Positions 12,893 through 24,137 of a stretch of DNA of 64,000 nucleotides are shown in pieces (position 1 is the stretch's first letter; the number at the start of each line of letters is the position of its first letter). The notes under the pieces were generated by a model. The model did not search any database and was not told where the DNA came from. It worked only from the letters and a program-made list of their open reading frames with translations. Location of the stretch: positions 49,313,213 through 49,377,212 of the forward strand of contig NC_052149.1 of assembly GCF_902713615.1 (NCBI RefSeq). Reading direction: 5' to 3'. The stretch is from Scyliorhinus canicula (lineage: Eukaryota). Made by a program: the position numbers and the translations under genes.

Positions 12893-13242
12893 CAGCAGGG
12901 TAGCATGGTGGTTAGCATAAATGCTTCACAGCTCCAGGGTCCCAGGTTCGATTCCCGGCTGGGTCATTGTCTGTGTGGAGTCTGCACGTCCTCCCCCTGT
13001 GTGCGTGGGTTTCCTCCGGGTGCTCCGGTTTCCTCCCACAGTCCAAAGATGTGCGGGTTAGGTGGATTGGCCATGCTAAATTGCCCGTAGTGTCCTAATA
13101 AAAGTAAGGTTAAGGGGGGGGGGGGTTGTTGGGTTACGGGTATAGGGTGGATACGTGAGTTTGAGTAGGGTGATCATGGCTCGGCACAACATTGAGGGCC
13201 GAAGGGCCTGTTCTGTGCTGTACTGTTCTATGTTCTATGTTC
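12893..13242 (+). mobile_element. tRNA-derived V-SINE (HE1-like) with CR1-type tail, young copy
   Basis: A/B boxes (ggttcgattcc); V-domain-like core gtgggtttcctccgggtgctccggtttcctcccaca; tail gggccgaagggcctg...(TTCTATG)n shared with CR1; near-identical to 19796-20148 and 42492-42843. Confidence 0.93.
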
Positions 13243-13681
13243 AGAGAGAAAAATCTTCTACAATGACTATCTGCAGTCATAACAGGATGAGGAAAAGAAT
13301 TTCAGACCATCTTTTTGTCACAGACCATATGCCGTTTACCTCATCATAGTCCACCCTTAATTAATCTCTTCATATCTTTGAAAAATAATCATGCAAAACT
13401 GATGTATTCACCTATGTACCCTCTCCGAGGCCCGTTTCCCATCTCATTTAACACTCCACGCAAATCCAAAAATGCTGTGGCTGTTGTGTCCTTTACTGTG
13501 ATTATCTTGGGTCTATAATTATTCTTCAATTGTATTCCTGAACATCCAGTACCTTTTTGATAGGAGGATTTAATTAAAATAACTGTCCCAGCTGACAGTC
13601 CATTCACCTGTTAACTTGGCTGAATGTGGAGTCAGTCAGAAGATTGTGAGTTCAAGCTTCATTCAGGATTTGAACACTAAA

Positions 13682-14363
13682 GCGCAGGATTTTCCCACGG
13701 GCTTCAAGATCTCGATGTTAGAACCAATGGGGGTCCCGAGCCCGCACGTGCTGAGTGTTAAGACTGGTAGAACTATTTTCCAGGAGTCTTTTAATTGAAC
13801 TCCTTCACGCTTGCCATCCTATTACAACCGGCAGGCAGATTCCTAACACTGCCAATCCAGTCTCAGAGCCAGTAGCCCTCGAACCTCAGCAGCCCCAGTG
13901 GGTAAGGTTGGCCTGTGAATGTGAGGATGCCTCAAAATGGAGGTGCTCTCAGGAGGCACAAAAATAATTTAATACTTTAGAGGGGGAAGGTGGCAGGCCC
14001 CTCTCTCAGTTCAGAGGGCAAACCTCTCCAGTTGCATTGTTGGAGCATGGAGCATTTCTTGCCTGCTTTGAGGTGTAGAGCCTGCAACACAATGGGACCC
14101 AGAAACGGCGCAAGGAGACCACATCCAGGGAGCTGGCAGCCTCCCAATGTGGTGGCGGACCACTCGGCCACTGGCATCGCACATTCAACCTTAATTAGGG
14201 ACTTAACCATTTTAAATTGCCTGCCCACCTCCATGCAGCAGAGCGAACCGTGTCACTCCTGGGAAACACTCCCAGCAGCCTTGATGCAGCTCCCCGTTTT
14301 TCTTGGCATCGCTCTTCCCCCATTTCCATTCCCGCACGCCAAAGGACCAGGAAAATTCAGCCC
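13682..14363. mobile_element. Older non-autonomous DNA element with Harbinger-MITE-like ends
   Basis: Imperfect TIRs gcgcaggattttcc / ggaaaattcagccc; no clean TSD. Confidence 0.5.
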
Positions 14364-14724
14364 ATAATAAGCTGGTACTGCAATGCAGAAATGAGGAAGA
14401 TCACATAGCTCTACTAAAATAAAGCATGGTGGGTTTCCCATTGGACTGACTAACACTCGTCGCTAACCAACACTATCAATACCATTTGTGGGACCTTGCT
14501 GTGTGCATACTATTTACTTGCCTATAAAAAGCAAGGTAGCTCAATAGCCACGACAGACTTTAGCATATGTTGAGGATGTAAACGATACAAAGGAAATGGA
14601 GGTTTTTTTTCATGCTCTCTTGTGAGAGGCAAGGGCTTCATTAATTCTCACCTATTTCAGACCTTTTAATTTTAAACCGTGTGTCCTTATTTCTAATACA
14701 AAAAAAAGACTCCATTAATTTGCA

Positions 14725-14995
14725 CTGGTCAGAAATGGTGAAATTTGAATTCAATAAAAGAAATTAAGAGTCTAATGATGACCATGAAGCCATTATTGAT
14801 TGTTGTAAAAACCCATCTGGTTTACTAATGTCCTTTAGCGAAGGAAATGTGCTGTCCTTACCTGGTCTGGCCTGCATGTGACTCCAGACCCACAGCAATT
14901 TGGTTGACTCTTCACTGCCCACTCTAGGGCAATTGGGGATGGGCAATAAATGCTGGCACAGCCTGCGAAGCCCACGTCCCAGGAACAAATTAAAA
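14725..14995 (+). mobile_element. SINE fragment of a separate family (also 57085-57420, 60915-61170)
   Basis: Shared core gaccatgaa...aaaacccatctgg...ccttacc...gactccagac; tail gggcaattrgggatgggcaa(t/c)aaatgctg in this copy and 57085-57420. Confidence 0.7.
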
Positions 14996-15519
14996 AAAAG
15001 TGAATTCCTCATGTGTCGGATGAGATATTAAGTTGAGTGTCCCAGCTGTAAATGGTGTCCAACTGTTGGCTGACCCTGGAATGGCTTTCCTATGGGAGAA
15101 TTGTCATTGTTACTGTCTAATCATAGTGTACTCTAAAGCACTGAAAGCAAGGAGTGAATTCTCAAGACATAGCCATGGAGATGCCACCATCTTGATATCA
15201 CTATCAGGTAGAGGTATTCTGCAGCAATGTAGCTAGCTGCAAAGACTCAGTGGGTGGATGAATGATGCACAGTGCCATGTTCATTATGCCATACACTTGA
15301 CCTTTTGCCAGCCACCCATGGATGTACCCCCACTGTTGCCCCTTGACTAGGTCCCTCATAGCTGCACACGACAGCTGCTGTCATGGAATAACAGTGTGTC
15401 TAAGAGGGCTGTGAATGCAGGCCACAGAGCTTGCTATCCTGGAGTACAACAGTGCTCATGAATCAAGTGCTAGAAAAGATTGAACAATCTGCTGCTTTCT
15501 GGCAAGGTGAGTAGTTTGG

Positions 15520-16314
15520 TTCAATAGAGTGGCGCAGCGACAACAATTTATCCTTCAATGCCAGCAAAACTAAAGAGCTAGTCATTGACTTCAGGAAGCA
15601 AAGTACTGTACACACCCCTGTCAGATCAACGGGGCCGAGGTGGAGATGGTTAGCAGCTTCAAATTCCTTGGGGTATACATCATCAAAAATCTGTCCTGGT
15701 CCACCCACCAGGAAAGCACAACAGCGCCTATATTTCCTCAGGAAACGAAGGAAATTCGGCATGTCCACATTAACTCCTACCAACTTTTACAGATGCATCA
15801 TAGAAAGCATCCTACCTGGCTGCATCAGAGCCTGTTATGGCAACCGCTCGGCCCAAGAACGCAAGAAACTTCAAAGAGTCGTGAACACAGCCCTGTCCAT
15901 CACACGAACCTGGCTCCCATCCATTGACTCTATCTACACCTCCCGCTGCCTGGCAGCATAATCAAAGACTCCTCCCACCCGGCTTACTCACTCTTCCAAC
16001 TTCTTCCATTGGGCAGGAGATACAAAAGTCTGAGAACACGCACGAACAGACTCAAAAACAGCTTCTTCCCCGCTGTTACCAGACTCCTAAATGACCTTCT
16101 TATGGACTGACCTGATTAACACTACTCCCCTGTATGCTTCATCCGATGCCGGTGTTTATTTAGTTACATTGTATACCTTTGTGTTGCCCTATTATGTATT
16201 TTATTTTTATTTTATTTTCTTTTCATGTACTTAATGATCTGTTGAGCTGCTTGCAAAAAAATACTTTTCACTGTACCTCGGTACACATGACACTAAACAA
16301 AATCCAATCCAATC
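15520..16314 (+). mobile_element. Rex1/Babar-type LINE 3' fragment
   Basis: KTKELVIDFRK, VSSFKFLGV, KAQQRLYFLRK..KFGM, FYRCIIESIL motifs; (CAATC)n-like tail near 16300. Confidence 0.85.
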
Positions 16315-17387
16315 ATCCACAGAGGTCATATCTAGATGCTGGAGCATGGGACATGGCACATAGCTCTGCTACAGCACTCAGGCTTGTAGGTGTACACAGC
16401 TCATGCAGATTTGCACAGAACGTATGTGAATAAGCAATGTGATGCACAGTTGTAGTGATGATAAATGTCATATCATAATGTCATTACAGTCAAACAGGGC
16501 GAAGAAAACCATGGAAATGGTCTGGACTGGGGGTGGATCGGCCTGATTCAGCCATCCGACCCATGGGGTTTGTCGGGGAGCCTGAACAGCTTTCTGTTGG
16601 TGATGGTGAATCGCCATTAGCAGGTGATAATTGAAGTATTGCAATCACCTTTGTACATGTACAAGGCCATGCTCTCAGTTCACAGAGCACAAGGGGGTAT
16701 TAACATGAGAGGGAATGTAATAATGGGGCTGCATCATAAGTTAAGGCAATGATGTGAATCACAACGTGCTTTCACAATGAGACGAGCTTGACCTAAATGA
16801 CTCCTTTTGCGTCTCACACAGTTCCTAACTCTACTTCCATCTACCAGCACCAACCCCTACCCATCCCCACACCTCGGCTAACAAAATACGACTGGAGTGG
16901 AGGTATCTGATGATTTAAACACCAGCTGCCTCTGTGAAGCATGCATGCGCCAAACTGGGAAGTGCCATATTCGGACAGGACTTAAGATTTTCAGGCAGTT
17001 CCTCTATTTCTTGTTATGGTGAAAATCTGGGCCTAACAATCAAATAAGTTCAAAACTGTGTCAAATAAATTAAAAGTATTCTGCTCCAGTTCTGTTTTAT
17101 ATTTATTCTTTCCTTGTGCAGCTGAAAGAAACTGCATTCACCTTTAATGCTATAAGCTGCGCATCATGCAAATTACAATTAGGCCATTTGGCAAGAGGCT
17201 GTATCTTCATTCGCAATGTGGAAAAACATTCTATTCCCCAGAACAGTCAGTCTTTGTTTCAAAGAACACAGGGTACATGGAAGTGCTGAGCATTAATATT
17301 AAGACACGGGTTAAACTTTAAAAAGCATAAAACATGTACGTACTACAACTGTATCGGGAATCACCAACTGATGGAGGAGTGATTTAC

Positions 17388-17442
17388 CTGGATTCAGGAA
17401 TATATTTCAACTTCCTTTTGAAAGAAACATTTGACCAAATGT
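17388..17442 (-). CDS. Candidate 55-nt internal exon of an unidentified gene
   Basis: Acceptor tttctttctgttttcag, donor CAG|gtaaat; single open frame xIWSNVSFKRKLKYIPES(R). Confidence 0.33.
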
Positions 17443-18490
17443 CTGAAAACAGAAAGAAACTTCAGTGAACTTTGTTTCAACCAAGTTTCTTCTTTGTAGT
17501 GTCGGAAATGAGTATGCCTCATCATTGAGTCATTAAGGAAATCAAAATCTTGTTCAATTGCAAAAAGGAAGAGCCCTGGGTGTCAGTTAGCCTCAACTGT
17601 GGCTCTTTGAGCTCTAAAAATGTAATCCTAACCAAATTAACAAATTTACTAAACTATGAGTATTTATCAGCTAAACTCACTTTAATGTGCAGACTCCTGG
17701 GTTATCCGAGGAGTGGGATATATCCCCTTCTCCTTGGAGACATTGGCCGAGGGCCGTTCAGCACGTCTCCACAAACGGGGACCAGACAGAATGGCACTTA
17801 TGGGGGTCTCCCAGGGGTTTGAAGACCCACCCCCCCCCCTCTCCGAGGTGCATGCCCTTTGGGAAGGGTGGTATCCTGGCACAGCTGGTGCCACCCAGGC
17901 AACCTGGCAGTACCAGCTCGGCACTCTGCCAGCCTAGCACTGCCCAGGTGCCCAGAAGATAGAGTGGTTCCCTCACATAGTGCGGTAGGGCTGGGGGGGC
18001 GGTGGGAAATCAGGGGTAGGTTCAGGGACATCGGAGATCGGGACGCCATTTCTTGTTACACTGAAGAGTTCTATGGAGCGGAGTTCCTCAGTGCACAGGA
18101 CGGGACTATGTGCAGCCTCGGCCGCTTGTTCCCTGCTGAGGCCCCCTATCTAATGTGAGTCGCGTTTTATAGCCTTGTGTTTCTTGGCCCTGCGAGCAGC
18201 GTGAATGGTGCGGCTAAAAGAGCTCGCCAAGAGACTTTGTTCCCATTTAGTTAAATCGTGCCCATAGAAAGCAATGAAGAGGATAGGAACAGACTTCAGG
18301 ACAGCATACACAAACTGGTGAAATAAAACAACAGCAGATAAAATTTAGCGCAGAGAAGTGTCAGATGATTTATTTTGGCAGGAAGAATGAGGAAAATATG
18401 AACAAAGTGGAACAATTTTAAAGCAGCTGTGGTTTTGGGGGGTGGGGGGCTGGTGTACAGCCTCAGCAGAACGGTCTAAGGTGTATACCG

Positions 18491-21177
18491 TCTGGTAAAC
18501 CACTGGTGCACCTCTATTAGGTGATGTATGGTAGGACCTGTACTACAGGTACGTTGGTAGTCCCTGCCTGCTGGCTCCGCCCAGGAGGCGGAGTATAAAT
18601 ATGTCCCCCCCCCATGCTGAAGCCATTTCACCAGCTGCTGTGGGAGGCCACACATCTTAGAGCAATAAAGCTTCAGTTGTATCCAACTCTCGTCTTTGTG
18701 CAATTGATCGTGCATAAATTTATTGCCTAAGATTTTCAAAAGATGGACGTCCGTATCAAACCGGATCGCCTGCAGCTGGATCTGCAATCAAGCGAGGCCA
18801 AAAAGGACTTTCAACACTGGCTAGCTTGTTTCAAGGCATACATCAAATCGGCGCCCAGCCCTGTCTCGGAGGCTCAGAAGATACAGATCCTGTACTCAAG
18901 ATTGAGCTCCAGCATCTTTCCGCTAATCCAGGACGCGCCGAAATACGCCGAAGCCATGACCCTTCTCAAAGAGAATTACGCTCAGAAGACGAATACGCTC
19001 TTCGCCAGGCACGTACTCGCCACTCGCTCTCAACTCACTGGTGAGTCCATAGAAGACTTCTGGCGGGCCCTAATCCTACTAGTCCGGGACTGTAACTGTC
19101 AGGCCGTTACAGCCACCGAACATTCAAACCTCCTCATGCGGGATGCGTTTGTTACGGGGGTTGGGTTGGACCTCATATGCCAACGACTGGTAGAAGGGGC
19201 CATGCTCGATCTAGCAGAGACAAAGAACTAGCGCTCTCTATGACAGTCGCCTCGTGCAATGTTCAGGCCTTCACCCCCAGCCGCGCGGCCCATCCCTCCT
19301 ACGCATCGTGGACCCCACAGACGGCCGCCCCAGCGGGGGCCTTACCCAGCCAATACGCCTGCGCCACACGCCAGCCCGCGAACACCGGGGGTCCCCGATG
19401 TCACTTTTGCGGCCAGGAGAAACACCCTCGTCAATGCTGCCTGGCCCGCGCTGCCCTTTGTAAGGCTTGCGGTAAAAAGGGGCACTTCGCCGTCGTGTGC
19501 CAGGCCCATGCAGTCGTCGCTATCGCCCCCCACCCCCCTCGTTTACGGACAATGGGCGCTGCCACCTTCACCTCCCCGGACCACCTGCTACCAGTGGGCA
19601 CTGCCATCTTCCGCTCCGAGCAACACTTGCGGCCCATGGGCGCCACCATCTTGTTCAACCCCCGCCACGTGCGGCCCATGGGTGCCGCCATTTTGCCCTC
19701 CTCAAGATCTTCAGGCGCCGCCTTCATGTCTCCCCCATGGTACATGGGCACTGCCAGCGTTCTAGGACCCGTGCCTCCCGGCTCTCCATCATCCTGGGGC
19801 AGCAGGGTAGCATGGTGGTTAGCATAAATGCTTCACAGCTCCAGGGTCCCAGGTTCGATTCCCGGCTGGGTCACTGTCTGTGTGGAGTCTGCACGTCCTC
19901 CCCCTGTGTGCGTGGGTTTCCTCCGGGTGCTCCGGTTTCCTCCCACAGTCCAAAGATGTGCGGGTTAGGTGGATTGGCCATGCTAAATTGCCCGTAGTGT
20001 CCTAATAAAAGTAAGGTTAAGGGGGGGGTTGTTGGGTTACGGGTATAGGGTGGATACGTAGGTTTGAGTAGGGTGATCATGGCTCGGCACAACATTGAGG
20101 GCCGAAGGGCCTGTTCTGTGCTGTACTGTTCTATGTTCTATGTTCTATCCAACACCAGCGACGACCGACTACGACTCGCCTCAGTGACCATCGACCAGTC
20201 TCGTCCTCATAACCTGGCCACCGCATAGACCAGCGTTAAAATCAATGGAGACGTAACCTCTTGCCTGCTGGACTCTGCGAGCACCGAAAGCTTCATCCAC
20301 CCGGATACAGTAAGGCGCTGCTCCCTCATGGTACACCCCGCCAACCAAAAAAACTGCCTGGCCTCCGGATCCCATTCCGTGGCGATCCGGGGGTACTGTA
20401 TGGTCACACTGACGGTCCAGGGTGTAGATTCAGCGGCTTCCACCTCTACGTCCTCCCTAACCTCTGCGCTGCCCTACTACTCGGCCTGGACTTCCAGTGC
20501 AACCTCCAGAGCCTAACCCTGAAATTTGGCGGGCCCCTACCACCCCTCACTGTGTGCGGGCACGCGACCCTAAAGGTCGATCCGCCTTTCCTCTTCGCAA
20601 ATCTAACCTCAGATTGCAAACCCGTCGCCACCAGGAGCAGACGGTACAGCACCCAGGACAGGACCTTCATCAGGTCCGAGGTCCACCCGGCTGCTTTGGG
20701 AAGGCATCATCGAGGCCAGCAACAGCCCCTGGAGAGCCCAAGTGGTAGTGGTGAAAACGGGGGAGAAACACCGAATGGTCGTGGACTACAGCCAGACCAT
20801 CAATCGGTACACGCAGCTCGATGCGTACCCCCTCCCACGCATATCTGATATGGTCTATCAAATATTGTAAATGTAAATGTAAAAAGAAAACCATTTGTTG
20901 TGTATAGTTCTCCACCACTCCCGCTGGACTCAATTTTAACAGGGGGTAAATGTGATAAACCACTGTTGCACCTCCATTAGGTGATGTATGGTAGGACCTG
21001 TACTACAGGTACGTTGGTAGTCCCTGCTTGCTGGCTCCGCCCAGTAGGTGGAGTATAAATATGTGTGTCCCCCATGCTCCAGCCATTTCGCCAGCTGCTG
21101 TGGGAGGCCACACATCTTAGAGCAATAAAGCCTCAGTTGTATCCAACTCTCGTCTTTGTGCAATTGATCGTGCATCA
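18491..21177 (+). mobile_element. Gypsy LTR retrotransposon, internally deleted (gag, protease, RT start), with a nested SINE
   Basis: 227-bp LTRs 18491-18717 and 20951-21177 (about 16 mismatches); TSD TACCG/TACTG; PPT acagggggtaaa; gag from 18743 with CHFCGQEKH and CKACGKKGHFAVVC knuckles; protease LLDSASTESF; RT SPWRAQVVVVK...RMVVDYSQTIN...DAYPLP ending near 20865. Confidence 0.95.
19796..20148 (+). mobile_element. V-SINE (HE1-like), young copy nested in the Gypsy element
   Basis: Near-identical to 12893-13242. Confidence 0.93.
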
Positions 21178-21542
21178 TACTGAAAGTGGCAAGAAAAGCT
21201 GAAAAGGCTGCTAAATATCAAAGTGTTCTTTGGCTTTGTTAATTGAAGAATAGAGTACAACAGCAAGGAAGCTACCCTAAACCTGAATAAAAGAGAATTT
21301 AAACCTGGGCAACACTTTAGGAAAGATTTGAAGGGCTTTGAGAGGGTGCGGACGAGATAGCTTGACCTGCGCCAGGGACAAGGGGCTTCAGTTATGTGGA
21401 GGGACTGGAAGAAGCTGGAGCTGTCTCCTCAGAGCAGAGAAGATGAACTTGAGATGGGATCGAGATGTCCAAACAATGAGTGGGTTTGGCTGAGTAAATA
21501 CAGAGAAGACCAGAAATTTAAGTCGATTGGCAAAAGAAACAG

Positions 21543-22217
21543 GGCGAGGTTCTCCCAGCCCTGGGCGGGCCGGAGAATCCCCACGAACGGGCCACACTGC
21601 GGAGCAGAGAATTGGCGCCGGCGTGGTTGGCGCGGCGCCGGTCGAGGGCCGCTCTACGCGGCTGGCCCGCCAAATCTCTTGCTCGGATGGGCGAGCAGCC
21701 GTAAGAAAAGAGCCGAGCCCCTCCGATGCCGTTCTAAACTGCGCTGGGCTGGTGGGACCTCGTCGTGGAAGGGTCGGGTGGCAGCCCATGTGGGTGGGAG
21801 GGTGGCCCGACCCCGGGGGTGGCCTCTTATGTGGCCTGGCCCACGACCGGGGTCCACCGATCGGCGGGCCGGCCTCTGTGGCTGGCGGCCTCCTTTCCTA
21901 CGCGCCAGCCCCTGTAATCCTGGGCATGTTGTGTCGGAGCCGGCGCGTTGAAGGAGGCCACTGCGCATCCATGCATTAGCGCCAGTGCCACTGCGCATGT
22001 CTGCGTTGGCGCCGGCGCAACTGCGCATGCGCAGATCCCGCGGTGCACAGTTCGCACCGGGATCAGCAGCTGGATTGGCGCGAACCGCTCCAGTGCCGTG
22101 CTGGCCCCCTGTAGGGGACTGAATCGGTCCTGGGAGCGGACCGTTCACGCCGTCGTAAAGCGCAATGACATTTACAACAGCATGGACACTCTGTCGCGGG
22201 ATTGGAGAATCCCGCCC
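21543..22217. mobile_element. Harbinger-type MITE inserted in an old CR1 remnant (~18270-18490, 21178-21540, 22218-22320)
   Basis: TIRs ggcgaggttctcc / ggagaatcccgccc; TSD CAG/CAG; TGCGCATGCGCA at 22022-22033. Confidence 0.85.
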
Positions 22218-22569
22218 CAGGAGTCAACAGGAGGAAACATTTTTTATGCAGGAAGTTATTGAGACTCAGAATACAGTGCAGGAAATCCTTGCTTAATATC
22301 ATTCTGCACAATGTTGCATTGCCTTAACATTACTCTCCAATGAACTGTAATGTTGATATTCTGTGCTAGCTTCGCAGTAAGCCAGGACATTCCCACAAAA
22401 TATCCACTGTTCAACCTGCAAGAGCTGCCTCTTGGATGAGGTGGGGAGCATGTAATTTTGGGAGGGGGTTATGAAACTCCTACAGATTGTTTTGCATGTC
22501 GTCATTCCAAATTACGTCATTAATTGGTTCCTGGGAAACATGATGTTAATTTAAGTGAGGACTCCTTAG

Positions 22570-22855
22570 ATAGCACCTTCCAAAGATATGACCATTACCA
22601 TTGAGAAGGACAAGGGCAGCAGGCACATGGGAACATCATCACCTGGAGGTTCCCTTCCAAGCCACTCACCACCCTGACTTGGAAATACGTCACTATTCCT
22701 CCACCGTCCATAACAGCATTGTGGGTGTGCCTACACTGCAGGGACTGCAGCACTTCAGAAAGGCAGCTCACCACCACCTTCTCAAGGGCAATTAGGGCTG
22801 GGCAATAAATGGTGGCCTGGCCAGAGGCACCCACCATCCTACGAATGAACAAAAC
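22570..22855 (+). mobile_element. 3' end of a second CR1-like LINE family
   Basis: Matches the 3' ends at 36120-36400 and 47320-47600 in reverse (aggcagctcaccaccaccttctcaagggcaattaggg...). Confidence 0.75.
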
Positions 22856-23499
22856 AAAATCTTCCTGTACACGAAAGAAAGCAGATTCAATAGTGCCATT
22901 CAAAATAGAATTGGGGAAAGAGCAGGGGAGTGAAATTAATCGAATCGCTACACCAAAGATCCAGCACAGACAGAATGGGGTGAATGGTCTCCGTCTGGGA
23001 GCCGTACACACTTCCGCAGACTGACAACAGGTGCTGAGGGTCAGGTTTCCAGCTATTTACACATGGGATAGATTTATAAGTCCAACTGCCAACGACTGCT
23101 GACGGCACTCAAAAGCAAAGGTCAATTGTAGATCTACAAAGAAGTCAATATTCTTAGAATCTAAGGGCAGGGGTGTCAACTTTACATGGGTTATAAAATG
23201 GACATCTTAGACCAAGTGCCCCACTTTCTATTTGTTGCCACTGTTTTGCACCCCGCCAAAGTGGAACGCTTTAACCTGAGTGTTCAAGCACTAAAATCAT
23301 TTGTAAACATTGTAAATAAACACCGCATTGGTGGAGGGGTTGTGGACTAATAATCAGACAACTGGGTTTATAATCCAGTAGAGTGCGAGTTCAAACCCCG
23401 AATGGCAGCTCCAGTATTTGAATTCATTCTAAACAAAAAACTAGCACCAGCAAAAGAAAAGTGTCTGGCTCTTTGTGGAAAGTGCATTTTCTAAACCTG

Positions 23500-24137
23500 G
23501 AGCGGGATTCTCCCACACTTGGCGCGATGGCCCGACGCCGGCTCCAAAAGCGGCGCGAACCATTCCAGCCCCGGACCATCCAGAAGGTGCGGAATTCTCC
23601 GCACTTCTGTGGTCTATGCCGGCGCTGGAAAGGTTGTCGCCACGCCAACCGGAGGTGACCGCCAGCGTGTTCCTGCGCATGCGCAGGGGGGTTCTTCTCC
23701 GCACCGGCCATGGCGGATCCCTACAGAGACCAGCGCGGAGGAAAAGAGTGCCCCCATGGAACATGCCCGCCTGCAGATCAGTGGGCCCCAACCGCGGGAC
23801 CGACCACCGTGGGGGCCTCCCCGGGGCCGAATCCCCCCGTGCCCCCTCCGAGGACCCCGCTAGACGACCGACAAGCCAGGTCCCGCCGTGGTGGACCATG
23901 TCCATTTCACGCCGACGGGACTGGCCAAAAACGGGCGGCCGCTCGGCCCATTGGGTCCGGAGAATTGCAGGAGAGGGGGCTGTCAACGGCCCTCGGCCGG
24001 CGTGGCGCGGTCCCCGCCCCTGCCCGAAAACCGGCGCCGGAGAACTCAGCAGCCAGCATCGGAGCAGCGGGGCAGGATTCACGCCGCACCCCCCGCCGAT
24101 TCTCCGGCCCAGCAAGGGGGATCGGAGAATCCCGCCC
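23500..24137. mobile_element. Harbinger-type MITE, complete
   Basis: TIRs gagcgggattctcc / ggagaatcccgccc; flanks CTG/TTG; TGCGCATGCGCA at 23674-23685. Confidence 0.87.

Noticed and set aside
12893-12965. tRNA-like sequences with A/B boxes
   Set aside because: They are SINE heads continuing into core and tail, not tRNA genes.
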